This document shows, piece after piece, positions 19,806 to 29,361 of a stretch of DNA of 64,000 bases (position 1 is the stretch's first letter; each line of letters opens with the position of its first letter). The position numbers and the translations under genes are program-made. The notes below the pieces were generated by a model. That model had not been told where the DNA came from. It searched no databases and was given only the letters and a program-made list of their open reading frames with translations. This DNA is from an uncultured archaeon (GTDB lineage Archaea > Asgardarchaeota > Thorarchaeia > Thorarchaeales > Thorarchaeaceae): NCBI GenBank assembly GCA_964610875.1, contig CAZSWP010000005.1, positions 1 through 64,000 of the forward strand. The letters are read 5' to 3'.

Positions 19806-20600
19806 TTAGATACCTCCAAACCAGACCTTCTTCTGTACGGCTAGGTGGATTTCTTGTGCAGTCTTGGCATCGATTGAAGCCATTTTTGCAATCTGTTCAG
19901 CACTTGTAGCTACCAGATCGGTAACAGTAGCAATTCCAGAACTGAGAATAGCATCAATAGTCGGTTGTGGAACACCAAGTTCTGTTAAGAGACCTCGTAA
20001 CTCTTCAACACTTGATTTATCAGGGACAGGTGGAGTTACATCAGGCATTTCTGCTTCCATCGCTTCTGTTGGGGATTCTGTGTCTATAGCAGGCCTCTTC
20101 TTTTTCTTATCTCTGCGTGGCTTTTCACGTGTTGTACTATGTATTTCAATAAATGAGGGCCTCAAAACAACCAATCCTATGATCATCAATGCAAGCATTG
20201 ATGGAATCAGAATAATTGGACCGATGTTAATTCCTGAAATTCCACCTACTTCATTGAAAAAGGGAAGACTATTTTCAATACCATTCAAAAATGTTTCAAT
20301 GAAAGAGTCACCAGATAATTCAGTAGCTAGAGAAAACCAGAAAGGAGTGAAAAGAGAGAAACCTCCCAAATGAAAAATCAAGTATTCGCGAAATTCATCA
20401 CGTCTTGCATAGTAGAAAATAATGACAGGAACAAAAAGTATTGCAATTGAAACAACAGTCCATACCAAAAACAAGCCCCATATACCACTCAATATTGCTG
20501 CATCAGTAATTCCATATCCTGCAGCCTTTATAATCGCACTACCGATAAAGATTATTCCGGGCAAGATGAAACCAAATAGAATACCATAGGCATATCTCAA
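19806..20600 (-). CDS. Membrane protein (~4 TM) with C-terminal helix-hairpin-helix domain
   Basis: Hydrophobic N-half; basic/acidic linker; LGVPQPTIDAILSSGIATVTDL...IDAKTAQEI. Confidence 0.75.
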   Translation of the reverse strand: MRYAYGILFGFILPGIIFIGSAIIKAAGYGITDAAILSGIWGLFLVWTVVSIAILFVPVIIFYYARRDEFREYLIFHLGGFSLFTPFWFSLATELSGDSFIETFLNGIENSLPFFNEVGGISGINIGPIILIPSMLALMIIGLVVLRPSFIEIHSTTREKPRRDKKKKRPAIDTESPTEAMEAEMPDVTPPVPDKSSVEELRGLLTELGVPQPTIDAILSSGIATVTDLVATSAEQIAKMASIDAKTAQEIHLAVQKKVWFGGI

Positions 20601-20730
20601 TTTGTATGGACACCCCTTCTTTTTCCAATCTGTCTATAATCTGTTCATCGCATCTTAAAGGTATTTCCAGCACGTAAGGTTTTCCCGCTAAGCTTATCAT
20701 AGACAAGTTATCAATTAAGCGGGAGATTCC

Positions 20731-21819
20731 ATGAGTATATTCTTTGTTGTAGGCACTCGACCTGAAATTGTCAAAATGGCGCCCATAATCAAAATATGCG
20801 ATGGAAAAAAAATAGAGTATTTCGTGCTGCATACAGGACAGCACTACTCCAAAAATATGAGCGATTTCTTCATTGAAGATTTGGGTCTTACTGAACCCGA
20901 TAAGAATCTCAACATCGGTTCTGGGACACAAGCTGAACAAACAGCTAATGCACTAGTTGGAATAGAAAAGGAGTTGAACATTCAAAAACCAGATGTGGTT
21001 CTTGTACAAGGAGATACTAATGCAGTCTTGTCAGCAACATTAGCAAGTGTGAAACTGCAGATTCCAGTCGGTCATGTAGAAGCTGGTCTTAGAAGTTATG
21101 ATATACGGATGCCAGAAGAACATAATCGTAGGGTAACAGATCATTGTTCAAAGTACCTATTTGCACCTACAGAACGATCTGCAAAGATATTGAAAAGTGA
21201 GAATGTTTGGGGAGATATTTTCATTACCGGCAATACTGTTATTGATGCTCTAGAGAATAGGCTTCCAACTGCTCGAAAAAGACCTGATGTTATTGGGCAT
21301 TTGAAACTGAATGAATTTTGTTTACTGACGTTACATAGAGCAGAGAATGTTGATTCAAAAGCAGTGCTTGATGGAATAATAACCGGGTTGTTAGAACTTG
21401 ATGAGAATATAGTATTTCCAGCACACCCAAGAACAATTGCAAGATTGGAACAATTCGACTTGATGAATATGGTCAAGCAATCAGAGAGAATCCATATCAT
21501 AAACCCACTCGGATATCTGGATTTCTTGAATATGATGACTAGATGTGCATATGTATTGACTGATTCTGGAGGGATTCAGGAGGAGGTTACAGCTCCTTCA
21601 ATTAATAAGCGAGCATTTGTACTTAGAACTTCAACAGAAAGACCCGAAGCAGTTGATTCAGGACATGTTACAGTTGTTGGTGTGAATCCTGATGTGTTTC
21701 CAGAACAAATCAAATCATTAACAAAATCAGAATTGAAACCTTCGATTCTTTCCCCTTATGGAAAAGGTGATGCATCGAAAAAAATTATCGATATTCTGAT
21801 AAATGAACTGTCTTTGTGA
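20731..21819 (+). CDS. wecB: UDP-N-acetylglucosamine 2-epimerase (non-hydrolysing)
   Basis: GTRPEIVKMAP, HTGQH, GHVEAGLRS, PEEHNR, TDSGGIQEE. Confidence 0.95.
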   Translation: MSIFFVVGTRPEIVKMAPIIKICDGKKIEYFVLHTGQHYSKNMSDFFIEDLGLTEPDKNLNIGSGTQAEQTANALVGIEKELNIQKPDVVLVQGDTNAVLSATLASVKLQIPVGHVEAGLRSYDIRMPEEHNRRVTDHCSKYLFAPTERSAKILKSENVWGDIFITGNTVIDALENRLPTARKRPDVIGHLKLNEFCLLTLHRAENVDSKAVLDGIITGLLELDENIVFPAHPRTIARLEQFDLMNMVKQSERIHIINPLGYLDFLNMMTRCAYVLTDSGGIQEEVTAPSINKRAFVLRTSTERPEAVDSGHVTVVGVNPDVFPEQIKSLTKSELKPSILSPYGKGDASKKIIDILINELSL

Positions 21820-21939
21820 TTAAAAAATTCATAATATTGGAAAATACCGCGAAAGCAGGGTTTCCGCGCCGTTCTGCTAACCCTTATAAGAAACTTCTGC
21901 AACAAAATATCAGTCTTAAGCGTTTAGGAGCGAGATAGA

Positions 21940-22110
21940 ATGAGCTTTATTGTTAAGAAAGCAATTCAGGAATATGCAAAGAAGAAAAATATGCAAGTCA
22001 GCGGCGATTTCTATGGTGCCATGGATAAATTCATAAAAAATGCTCTAGATGAAGCTGCAGAGAGGACCAAGGCAAATGGTCGAAAAACTCTCAAAGACTA
22101 TGACTTGTAA
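21940..22110 (+). CDS. Histone-fold protein, short alpha3 (face-to-face/DUF1931-like) type, 56 aa
   Basis: Not in ORF track: MSFIVKKAIQEYAKKKNMQVSGDFYGAMDKFIKNALDEAAERTKANGRKTLKDYDL; RKTxxxxD motif; SD aggag; downstream hairpin. Confidence 0.9.
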   Translation: MSFIVKKAIQEYAKKKNMQVSGDFYGAMDKFIKNALDEAAERTKANGRKTLKDYDL

Positions 22111-22228
22111 TTCTATAATGTAGATTCATGTTGATACCTGGAGGCCAACAAGCTTCCGGGTTCATCTATTTTTCTTACACTCCGGCATTCTTATCAACCT
22201 TAGTTTTTAGCAGGATATACCTTTGTGA

Positions 22229-23014
22229 GTGATTGGATTGCGAAAGATATGCTTAACAAATGATGATGGCGCCCACAGCATTGGATTATTAAAATTGGCT
22301 GAGAAATTGAGCGAACATTATGACCTAACAGTAATAGTACCAGAAACACAGATGAGTGCTACAGGAAAGTCACTTACAATCAATCGACCCTTACGTGTCA
22401 GGGATAATAAAAATGCAGATGGTTATCGATTAATTACCCATGATGGGACCCCAGCTGACTCGGTTATTTTAGCACAAGTCTTTACCGATAAAATTGACAT
22501 TTTCATATCGGGAATAAATGCAGGAGGAAATACAGGATATCATAGTATGCTGACCAGTGGAACAGTTGGCGCAGCTTTTGAAGCTGCACTCAAAGGGTAC
22601 CCTGCTATAGCACTGTCCATGGAAGCGACCCCTGATGATTGGTTCGATCCTAACGGTAGTGCAAGTGACTATGAATATGCATGCGAATTCGCACTTGATA
22701 TAATAGATAAAATTCTAGAAAAAGGATTGCCTGATGGTATTGATGCCATCAACATGAATTTCCCCTGTAGTGTAACTAAGGACACCGAGATTATGGTTAC
22801 AAAACCCACTCGCGTCAGAATGACGAATGATGTTGAAATTAGAGTAGATCCCCATAAACGCAAGTACTATTGGTTCAAGGGAGTTGAACAAGATGGAAGA
22901 CCAGGTGAGGATGCATACTCTGTTCTGAAATTAAATAAAATATCAATATCTCCAATCGTTATAGAATCAATTGGAAGAGATGAAATTGAACTAGTAAAAT
23001 CACTCATAGAGTAG
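22229..23014 (+). CDS. surE: 5'/3'-nucleotidase SurE
   Basis: LTNDDG, GTPADSV, SGINAG.N, SGTVGAA. Confidence 0.93.
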   Translation: MIGLRKICLTNDDGAHSIGLLKLAEKLSEHYDLTVIVPETQMSATGKSLTINRPLRVRDNKNADGYRLITHDGTPADSVILAQVFTDKIDIFISGINAGGNTGYHSMLTSGTVGAAFEAALKGYPAIALSMEATPDDWFDPNGSASDYEYACEFALDIIDKILEKGLPDGIDAINMNFPCSVTKDTEIMVTKPTRVRMTNDVEIRVDPHKRKYYWFKGVEQDGRPGEDAYSVLKLNKISISPIVIESIGRDEIELVKSLIE

Positions 23015-24014
23015 ATAGTTTTTCTAGGGCAAGCCAAAGTGCATCGGTTTTCGGTCGTTCAAGAGTTTTTGTCGCACCATTATCCTTAATTTCTCTAAGA
23101 TTCTTTTCTTCTGCAATTTCTCCAATAATTGACACTTGAATTGCTTCAGCTTCGATTCTAGAAACAACATCTTCTGCATATTTTTCCTTACAAGTCATTA
23201 ACATACAACCACTACTGATTAGATTCATGTAATCAATATCTAGTAACTGACATATAGCAATGGTAGATGGATGAACAGGAATACGGGTACTGTCAACAAT
23301 ACACCCAACATCACTAGCATCACATAACTCATGTATGCCACCAGCAATTCCACCTTCAGTAGGATCATGCATTGCAGTTATATGACCTGTTTGAAATGCA
23401 ACGATACCCTCCTTTACTACACTTATCTTGTTTCGAAGAGTTATTCCGGTTTCAGTTATTTCATCTCCAAGGATATTTGTTAGTCTTTTTCTCCCTTCTG
23501 ATGCAAGAATTGCGGTTCCTTCAATAGCGGCAGATTTTGTTAGAATAAGTGCATCACCCGGATTTGCTCCAGTAGAAGTTACATATTCTCCTTCAGTAGT
23601 TTCCCCAAGCATGAAACCAGCAATGATTGGTTTGTCTATATCATCAGTGATTTCTGTGTGGCCCCCAACTACTGCAATACCAAGAGATTTTGATGCGTCA
23701 TTTATTTGTTGCATGATGCGTCCTAATTCCTCCTTAGTAGAACCAGAAGGTAGTATGATGGAATTTAGGAACCACTTTGGAGCAACTCCAAAAGTGGCTA
23801 CATCATTCGCATTCACATGCACTGATAGCCAACCTACATCTTCAACAGAACCGGTAATCGGATCAGTTGAGGCAACAAGAATTTTATCTCCGAATCTGAT
23901 AAGTGATGCATCTTGGCCTAGACCTGGACCGAGTATTAAGTCAGGATCTGATGAACCAAGTCTACTAAAAACTTCAGATAGCAGAATTTCGGGTGGAACC
24001 TTACCAGGAAGCAA
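23004..24014 (-). CDS. AIR synthase-related (PurM/HypE/ThiL-like) protein
   Basis: PGKVPP, GPGLGQDAS, STDPIT, NANDVA, GGHTE, MHDPTEGG; TTG start after GGAG; ORF-track extension to 24125 overlaps a structured RNA. Confidence 0.85.
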   Translation of the reverse strand: MLPGKVPPEILLSEVFSRLGSSDPDLILGPGLGQDASLIRFGDKILVASTDPITGSVEDVGWLSVHVNANDVATFGVAPKWFLNSIILPSGSTKEELGRIMQQINDASKSLGIAVVGGHTEITDDIDKPIIAGFMLGETTEGEYVTSTGANPGDALILTKSAAIEGTAILASEGRKRLTNILGDEITETGITLRNKISVVKEGIVAFQTGHITAMHDPTEGGIAGGIHELCDASDVGCIVDSTRIPVHPSTIAICQLLDIDYMNLISSGCMLMTCKEKYAEDVVSRIEAEAIQVSIIGEIAEEKNLREIKDNGATKTLERPKTDALWLALEKLSTL

Positions 24015-24035
24015 ACTTTCTGTCTCCAATACTCT

Positions 24036-24148
24036 GAGGGCGCACCGCCTTGTATCTGTTGCATGAAAAGTGTGTTCATCGAAAACCCATTCGGGACTCT
24101 CAACACTCACTATGACAACAGACATCTTTCAGGAACGATGCGCACCTC
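24036..24148 (-). ncRNA. Putative structured RNA or leader (long irregular hairpin with K-turn-like motif)
   Basis: Four nested helices, several G.U pairs only on minus strand; TTATTAAG upstream at 24164-24171. Confidence 0.55.
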
Positions 24149-24191
24149 TTGTTTTGCCTCTGACTTAATAACATAATCGTACAAACATACT

Positions 24192-25691
24192 CTAAGAAGG
24201 AATGTAAGCTTCGGCTTCTTTTAGACTCAGTGAACTCATTTTTGCTTGTGAATGAATAGAGTCAAGTATTGCATTAATCACAGATTTTTCCTTCATCAGT
24301 TCACTTGATAGAAATGCATGACCACCACTAGAACGAGCCACAATATATGCACCAAATGTTTGCCTAAACTCATGGAATGTAAGCAGGGTCTCCATTGGAT
24401 CAGAAAAGCCCTCCTTACGTGTACGTAACATTGTTGCTAGTTCTAAGGCTTCATGATAAGGTCGTTTCAGGAACTTGGGCCACCTTTTGTGGTCTGGATT
24501 CGCTGAAACTGCAGCGATACGGACATTGTTTTTCTTCAGTAATCGTGATGCTTTTACGAGGTCTCTCACTGGAGTATACTGTGCTTCACCAGGTCCTGCA
24601 GATTGTGCTAATGGTATATTAGGCGCAAAATCAGATATGACGACTACAAGTGGTTCAATATCTCTGTTCCTCATTTTTTCACGTTTGATAGTTTCTAGTG
24701 CTTTCATTAATGCATCAGCTAGAGGTGTTAGTCCCGAAATCCGAAGTCTTGCCAAAGCGCGGTATATTTTATTCCAATTTGTAGTAGGGGCTTGAACCTC
24801 AACTGCTCCACTGTCCTTAAATGCAACAATACCAACCCTATCTTTAGAACCTCTTGTTTCTCGTTCTATACGTTCTACTAGTTTTCGAACCTCATTCATA
24901 CTACCTTTCATTGATAAACTAACATCGATAACAAGAATTATGGTTAGTGGGGTACGACCTGTAAAGACACTCTCTCTTAGATCTTCGGGTTTTATTTCAA
25001 TGTGTCGACCCTCTTCAAATTTACCGCTTCGTGAAACAGCTGCCATAATTGTGGCAGGTAAGTGGATGCTACCGGGGTCAGCAGAGGGGGTTCGCCAACG
25101 TGAAGGGCGACCATGTTTCAAACTCTCTTGAGCTTTGAGAGACCCTACTGCACGACTACTCACCCTCTTCTTTGCCCATCCTCCAGATGCGACTCTGGAC
25201 CGAATCATTGCTCTAGCATGTAATTCTTCAAGGTCAAAGAGAGACTCACCAGTATCCAAATCAGGAGTCTTTACAAAGAATGAAGAGTCTAAGGCAATAG
25301 CCTCACGCAATTCGGATTTTGAACCCGAAACCTTACTCTTCTTTCCAGCTCGGTAAGGACGGGTGGCTCTTCCCCATTCATCGCCTTCTTCAGGTTCAGC
25401 TGCACTTGGTTCAACGGTATCAATTCCAGCAGCAGGCCCCTTCTGACGTTTTAACATATTTCGTAACCAATATCGAACTGTGAAATAGATGAGAGGTATG
25501 TAGATGATTGTATTAATCACAATAAGATACAATGGGGGCAATGAGAAAAATGGAACACCAGCAATTAGATTCAGTGGGCTCATGAAAAGCCATCCAAAGT
25601 AACCAAATCCTACCACTGCCATGATGGCACAAATTGTCCCCTTGATGGGATTTTCACCACGAGGATTTCTTATTTTACTCGGCGTTTTTTT
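24192..25691 (-). CDS. ChlD-like C-terminal module (2 TM + VWA/MIDAS); probably the -1 frameshift continuation of the upstream AAA+ ORF
   Basis: DVSLS MIDAS, GLTPL, ISD; IHLPATI ChlD-type motif; frame open from the A9 run (25685-25693) to 24192. Confidence 0.85.
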   Translation of the reverse strand, partial: KKTPSKIRNPRGENPIKGTICAIMAVVGFGYFGWLFMSPLNLIAGVPFFSLPPLYLIVINTIIYIPLIYFTVRYWLRNMLKRQKGPAAGIDTVEPSAAEPEEGDEWGRATRPYRAGKKSKVSGSKSELREAIALDSSFFVKTPDLDTGESLFDLEELHARAMIRSRVASGGWAKKRVSSRAVGSLKAQESLKHGRPSRWRTPSADPGSIHLPATIMAAVSRSGKFEEGRHIEIKPEDLRESVFTGRTPLTIILVIDVSLSMKGSMNEVRKLVERIERETRGSKDRVGIVAFKDSGAVEVQAPTTNWNKIYRALARLRISGLTPLADALMKALETIKREKMRNRDIEPLVVVISDFAPNIPLAQSAGPGEAQYTPVRDLVKASRLLKKNNVRIAAVSANPDHKRWPKFLKRPYHEALELATMLRTRKEGFSDPMETLLTFHEFRQTFGAYIVARSSGGHAFLSSELMKEKSVINAILDSIHSQAKMSSLSLKEAEAYIPS

Positions 25692-26863
25692 TTACCATCC
25701 TCAGAGCCCCACTGGGCCATAGCTGATTGTCTACCAAATTGTCCTCCACTCATTCTATGGCCTGACTTGTCTTTGGACTCTTCGCTCATTTCAGTTGGGG
25801 ATTTTCTTCTATCAGCTTTTTTTGCTACTTCATGAGCTTTGGATATAGCTTGATCAATCTCATCAAAGGGAGGTGGCTCTAAGAGCCCACCACGCCTTGT
25901 CCTATGACTAAGAGCAAGTTGTGCTGCAATTTTCATATCTTCAAGATCAACGACCGCTCTCTTATCAAAAGCTGCAAGTGTGATTGCTGTTTTACTAATT
26001 ATAATATCAGGACGTACTCCATCTACCTCGAGAGCATCACAAGCCATTGCAATTGCTTTGAGGTTGGTTTCAGGTAAATTGACTTCGGAGAGTAATTCCC
26101 TTGCTTTGACTATTTGTTGACGAAGGTTTTCCTGAGATTCCTTCCACTCCTCTAGGAAAGCATCAGGATCTCTTTCAAAATCTAGATTTCTACGAACTAG
26201 TTCCATTCTTTCCTCAATAGATAGATTACCACCCACCGAAACGTGAAGCGGGAATCTATCTAGTAGTTGTGGTCTGAGTTCTCCCTCTTCTGGGTTCATA
26301 GAGCCCATTAGAACAAAATCGGAAGGATGAGAAATTGATATTCCTTCACGTTCAATAACATTCACTTTTGTAGCAGCAGCATCCAATAAATCATCAACAA
26401 GATGGTCTGGTAGAAGGTTAACCTCATCGACGTAGAGAACATTCTGGTGAGCTTCAGCAAGGATACCAGGTTTCAACGCTTGAATACCTTCTTTAAGAAT
26501 ACGTTCAATATCAATTGATCCTATTAGACGATCTTCAGTTGTTGATAAAGGGAGATTGATTACTCTCATTTTCCTTTTCTTTCGTGGAAGTGTACCTTCA
26601 TTTTCTAATCTTCCTCTACAATTAGAGCAGAGTGCATCTTTCCTATCAGGATTACAACCGAATCTGCACTCTTCGACAATATCCACCTCTGGAAGAAGAT
26701 CAGCAAGCCCACGAACAATAGTAGTTTTGCCAGTTCCTTTTGGTCCTGCTACTAAAACACCGCCAATACGAGGATTCACTCCATTAAGAATAAGAGCGAG
26801 TTTAAGTCGCTCCAATCCTACTAAAGATGTGAATGGTAACACTACTCTCTTTAGATGTTCCAA
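25670..26863 (-). CDS. Magnesium chelatase ChlI-type AAA+ ATPase
   Basis: PFTSLVG, GGVLVAGPKGTGKT, TEDRLIGS, LYVDEVNLL, EREGISISHP, NPEEGELRPQLLDRF. Confidence 0.93.
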   Translation of the reverse strand: MEHLKRVVLPFTSLVGLERLKLALILNGVNPRIGGVLVAGPKGTGKTTIVRGLADLLPEVDIVEECRFGCNPDRKDALCSNCRGRLENEGTLPRKKRKMRVINLPLSTTEDRLIGSIDIERILKEGIQALKPGILAEAHQNVLYVDEVNLLPDHLVDDLLDAAATKVNVIEREGISISHPSDFVLMGSMNPEEGELRPQLLDRFPLHVSVGGNLSIEERMELVRRNLDFERDPDAFLEEWKESQENLRQQIVKARELLSEVNLPETNLKAIAMACDALEVDGVRPDIIISKTAITLAAFDKRAVVDLEDMKIAAQLALSHRTRRGGLLEPPPFDEIDQAISKAHEVAKKADRRKSPTEMSEESKDKSGHRMSGGQFGRQSAMAQWGSEDGKKKRRVK

Positions 26864-26939
26864 AGTAGATCCTCTCTAAGATTCTGAAGAGATTAGACAC
26901 ATATAATGGTAATTATTTAAGAAAAGGTAGGGATTACAA

Positions 26940-28094
26940 GTGTTCTCACTCATAACACACCTTGAATGCATGGAATGTAGTAGAAAGTATTCTGTAGACC
27001 AGCCTGCTACAATCTGCGTATGTGGAGCGCCACTCCTTGCACAATATGACCTCGCTTTAGCTCATGAGGCTGCATCTTCAGGAGAATTTCCATCTAGAAT
27101 GAATTCGATGTGGCGTTATTCACAGCTCCTACCCGTGAAAGTACATTCATGCATTGCATCTTTGGGAGAGGGTTGGACACCACTATTGATGAGTAGAAGA
27201 ATTGGAACACATCTCGGACTTAGACTTCTTAGGATTAAAGATGAATCTCAGAATCCCACATTAAGTTTCAAGGATAGAGGACTGTCAGCAGCAGTATCAA
27301 AACATGTAGAACTTGAATCTCAAGCTTTTGCTTTGCCGTCCGCAGGTAATGCAGGAGTTTCAGCAAGTGCATATGGTGCAGTGTCAGGAAAACAAGTCTA
27401 TGTCTTTATGCCTGAAGATACACCGCCAGCATTCTTCAGAGACTGTGACCTCTATGGGGCAGAAGTCTTTCCAGTAAAAGGCACAATATCGGATGCCGCT
27501 GCGGAAATGAAACAATTAGATGGAATGTGGACAGACCTTTCTACGACAAAGGAACCGTATCGCGTTGAAGGGAAAAAAACTCTTGCATTTGAGATAGCAG
27601 AACAATTAACCTGGAATGTTCCAAATGTTATCATTTGTCCAACTGGAGGAGGAACCGCACTCATTGGGATTTGGAAGGGACTTGATGAATTGGAGAATAT
27701 TGGACTCATAGGTTCAGAGAGACCTCGATTATATGCCGCTCAGAGTGGAGGCTGTGCACCAATTGTCAAATCCTTTGAGATGAATATTGATTATGTTGAA
27801 GCTTGGGAAGGAGGCGAAACATCTGCATATGGCCTTCGCGTCCCTCATCCATTTGCTGGCAGATTGATTATGAATGCCCTCAAGAATTCAGGAGGTGGAG
27901 CAGTGGCTGTATCTGAGAACGAGATTGAATCAATGGTTAAAATTGCAGGTAAAATGGAGGGTTTGAACATATGTCCAGAAGCTGCTATTGGTTTGGCAGG
28001 TGCTAGAAATTTAGTCGAATCTGGAGATATTGATTATGATGAAGATGTTGTGGTTCTTAATACCGGGTCTGGAGCTAAATACTTCTCAGGATAA
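26940..28094 (+). CDS. thrC: Threonine synthase-like PLP enzyme
   Basis: N-terminal Zn ribbon, LGEGWTPL, NPTLSFKDRG, SAGNAG, EGKKT, PTGGG, NTGSG. Confidence 0.88.
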   Translation: MFSLITHLECMECSRKYSVDQPATICVCGAPLLAQYDLALAHEAASSGEFPSRMNSMWRYSQLLPVKVHSCIASLGEGWTPLLMSRRIGTHLGLRLLRIKDESQNPTLSFKDRGLSAAVSKHVELESQAFALPSAGNAGVSASAYGAVSGKQVYVFMPEDTPPAFFRDCDLYGAEVFPVKGTISDAAAEMKQLDGMWTDLSTTKEPYRVEGKKTLAFEIAEQLTWNVPNVIICPTGGGTALIGIWKGLDELENIGLIGSERPRLYAAQSGGCAPIVKSFEMNIDYVEAWEGGETSAYGLRVPHPFAGRLIMNALKNSGGGAVAVSENEIESMVKIAGKMEGLNICPEAAIGLAGARNLVESGDIDYDEDVVVLNTGSGAKYFSG

Positions 28095-28152
28095 AATGTC
28101 GTGTTCATACATAATATTATTTACTTTCAGTAAAATTCTTTATTTTGAATAG

Positions 28153-29361
28153 GTGTCGTCAAAATATGGAGGACAATCTTTGGCTAAGTCTGAAAAAACA
28201 GAGATTCAAGATGATAGAGCAACATATGAGAGAGAACATGAATATCGTTCTTTGAGGGAGGCTATCGGTGCCGGAAAGATAGAACTCGCTGTTGTCATAG
28301 GATTGATTATTATATACTTCTACTTCAGATTCTCCGGTGGGAATGCACTCCTAATCGTTCTTCTTGGACTTCTTATGGGGACATGGTTGGCATTTCGGCC
28401 TTCAGAGTGGGCAGTTGAAGGAATAGAAAGTGTAGCAGGTTATAGGGGATACACTGCATACATGGCGGGTTTGCTATCAAGTCTAGTAAGTAATATGCCT
28501 GAAGCGGTAGTAAGCGGATTATCTGCTTACAATGGCTTTACTACAAATCAACCGGAACTGTTAGACATAGCTGTTCTCTCAGTTCTAATTGCTGCTGGAT
28601 TCAATATGGTCCTCCTCGGTATAACAATTGTAATCTCTACAAAAGGAAAAGGGGCCATGGATGTACCTGAGGAAGTTAGTATGAAGGATTCAGTTCTAAT
28701 TAGATGGACAATTGTTGCACTACTAAGCATGTTTGCTCTAGGAGTTGTAAATCTAATCTCTGTTACAGATGGTCATGAACAGTTTTTCCCAAGAGAAGCA
28801 TCATTCATCCTATTCATTTCATATATTGTGTACGCTTTCTCACTCTCACATGGCGAAGTGGGAGAAGTAGGTGAAAGTCCAAAGGTGAAACCTCATTTCA
28901 CAAAACAGAATACTGCAATCCTTTGTATCATTGGTTTTGTAGGAATCTTCATTGCTGGTGAAATGCTTACATCCTCAATAGAAATCTTGTTGCACGATTT
29001 TGAAACAGATATAGCTGCATTAGGAGACCCCGTAACATTGGCAGCCCTAATTCTTGGGGCTGCTGGATCTATCCCCGAACATGGTATAGCGTTAATTGCT
29101 GCTGCAAAAGGAAAAGTGGGTTTGGCCATTGGAAATTTAGTTGGTGGAGTACTTCAAATTACGCTACTTGTTGCAGGAGGAATTGGAATCTTTGTTCCGA
29201 TTCCACTCGATAGATATGTACTCTTCCAAATTGTTGTATTAGCTGGAAGTCTTTGGTTCCTGAAGAGAAATATTACAGATGATAAGAAACTGGATATGTT
29301 TGAAGGATTGATGATTATTTTGCTACAAGCGTATGTGTTTGTTTTGCTTATCTGGGGTTGA
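28153..29361 (+). CDS. Ca2+/cation antiporter (CaCA family)
   Basis: alpha-repeats SNMPE and GSIPEH, LAIGNLVG; ~11 TM. Confidence 0.8.
   Translation: MSSKYGGQSLAKSEKTEIQDDRATYEREHEYRSLREAIGAGKIELAVVIGLIIIYFYFRFSGGNALLIVLLGLLMGTWLAFRPSEWAVEGIESVAGYRGYTAYMAGLLSSLVSNMPEAVVSGLSAYNGFTTNQPELLDIAVLSVLIAAGFNMVLLGITIVISTKGKGAMDVPEEVSMKDSVLIRWTIVALLSMFALGVVNLISVTDGHEQFFPREASFILFISYIVYAFSLSHGEVGEVGESPKVKPHFTKQNTAILCIIGFVGIFIAGEMLTSSIEILLHDFETDIAALGDPVTLAALILGAAGSIPEHGIALIAAAKGKVGLAIGNLVGGVLQITLLVAGGIGIFVPIPLDRYVLFQIVVLAGSLWFLKRNITDDKKLDMFEGLMIILLQAYVFVLLIWG

Noticed and set aside
23004-24014. Selenophosphate synthetase SelD
   Set aside because: Lacks the N-terminal Cys/Sec-x-x-Lys motif; fits the generic AIR-synthase-related family
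23428-24066. Long antisense ORFs (also 19864-20373, 14309-14668, 50002-50391 and others)
   Set aside because: Shadows of well-supported genes on the opposite strand
24036-24148. TPP riboswitch or SECIS element
   Set aside because: TPP core elements are not in the right order; AUGA lies on the 3' side on the structurally favoured strand and no flanking gene has an in-frame UGA
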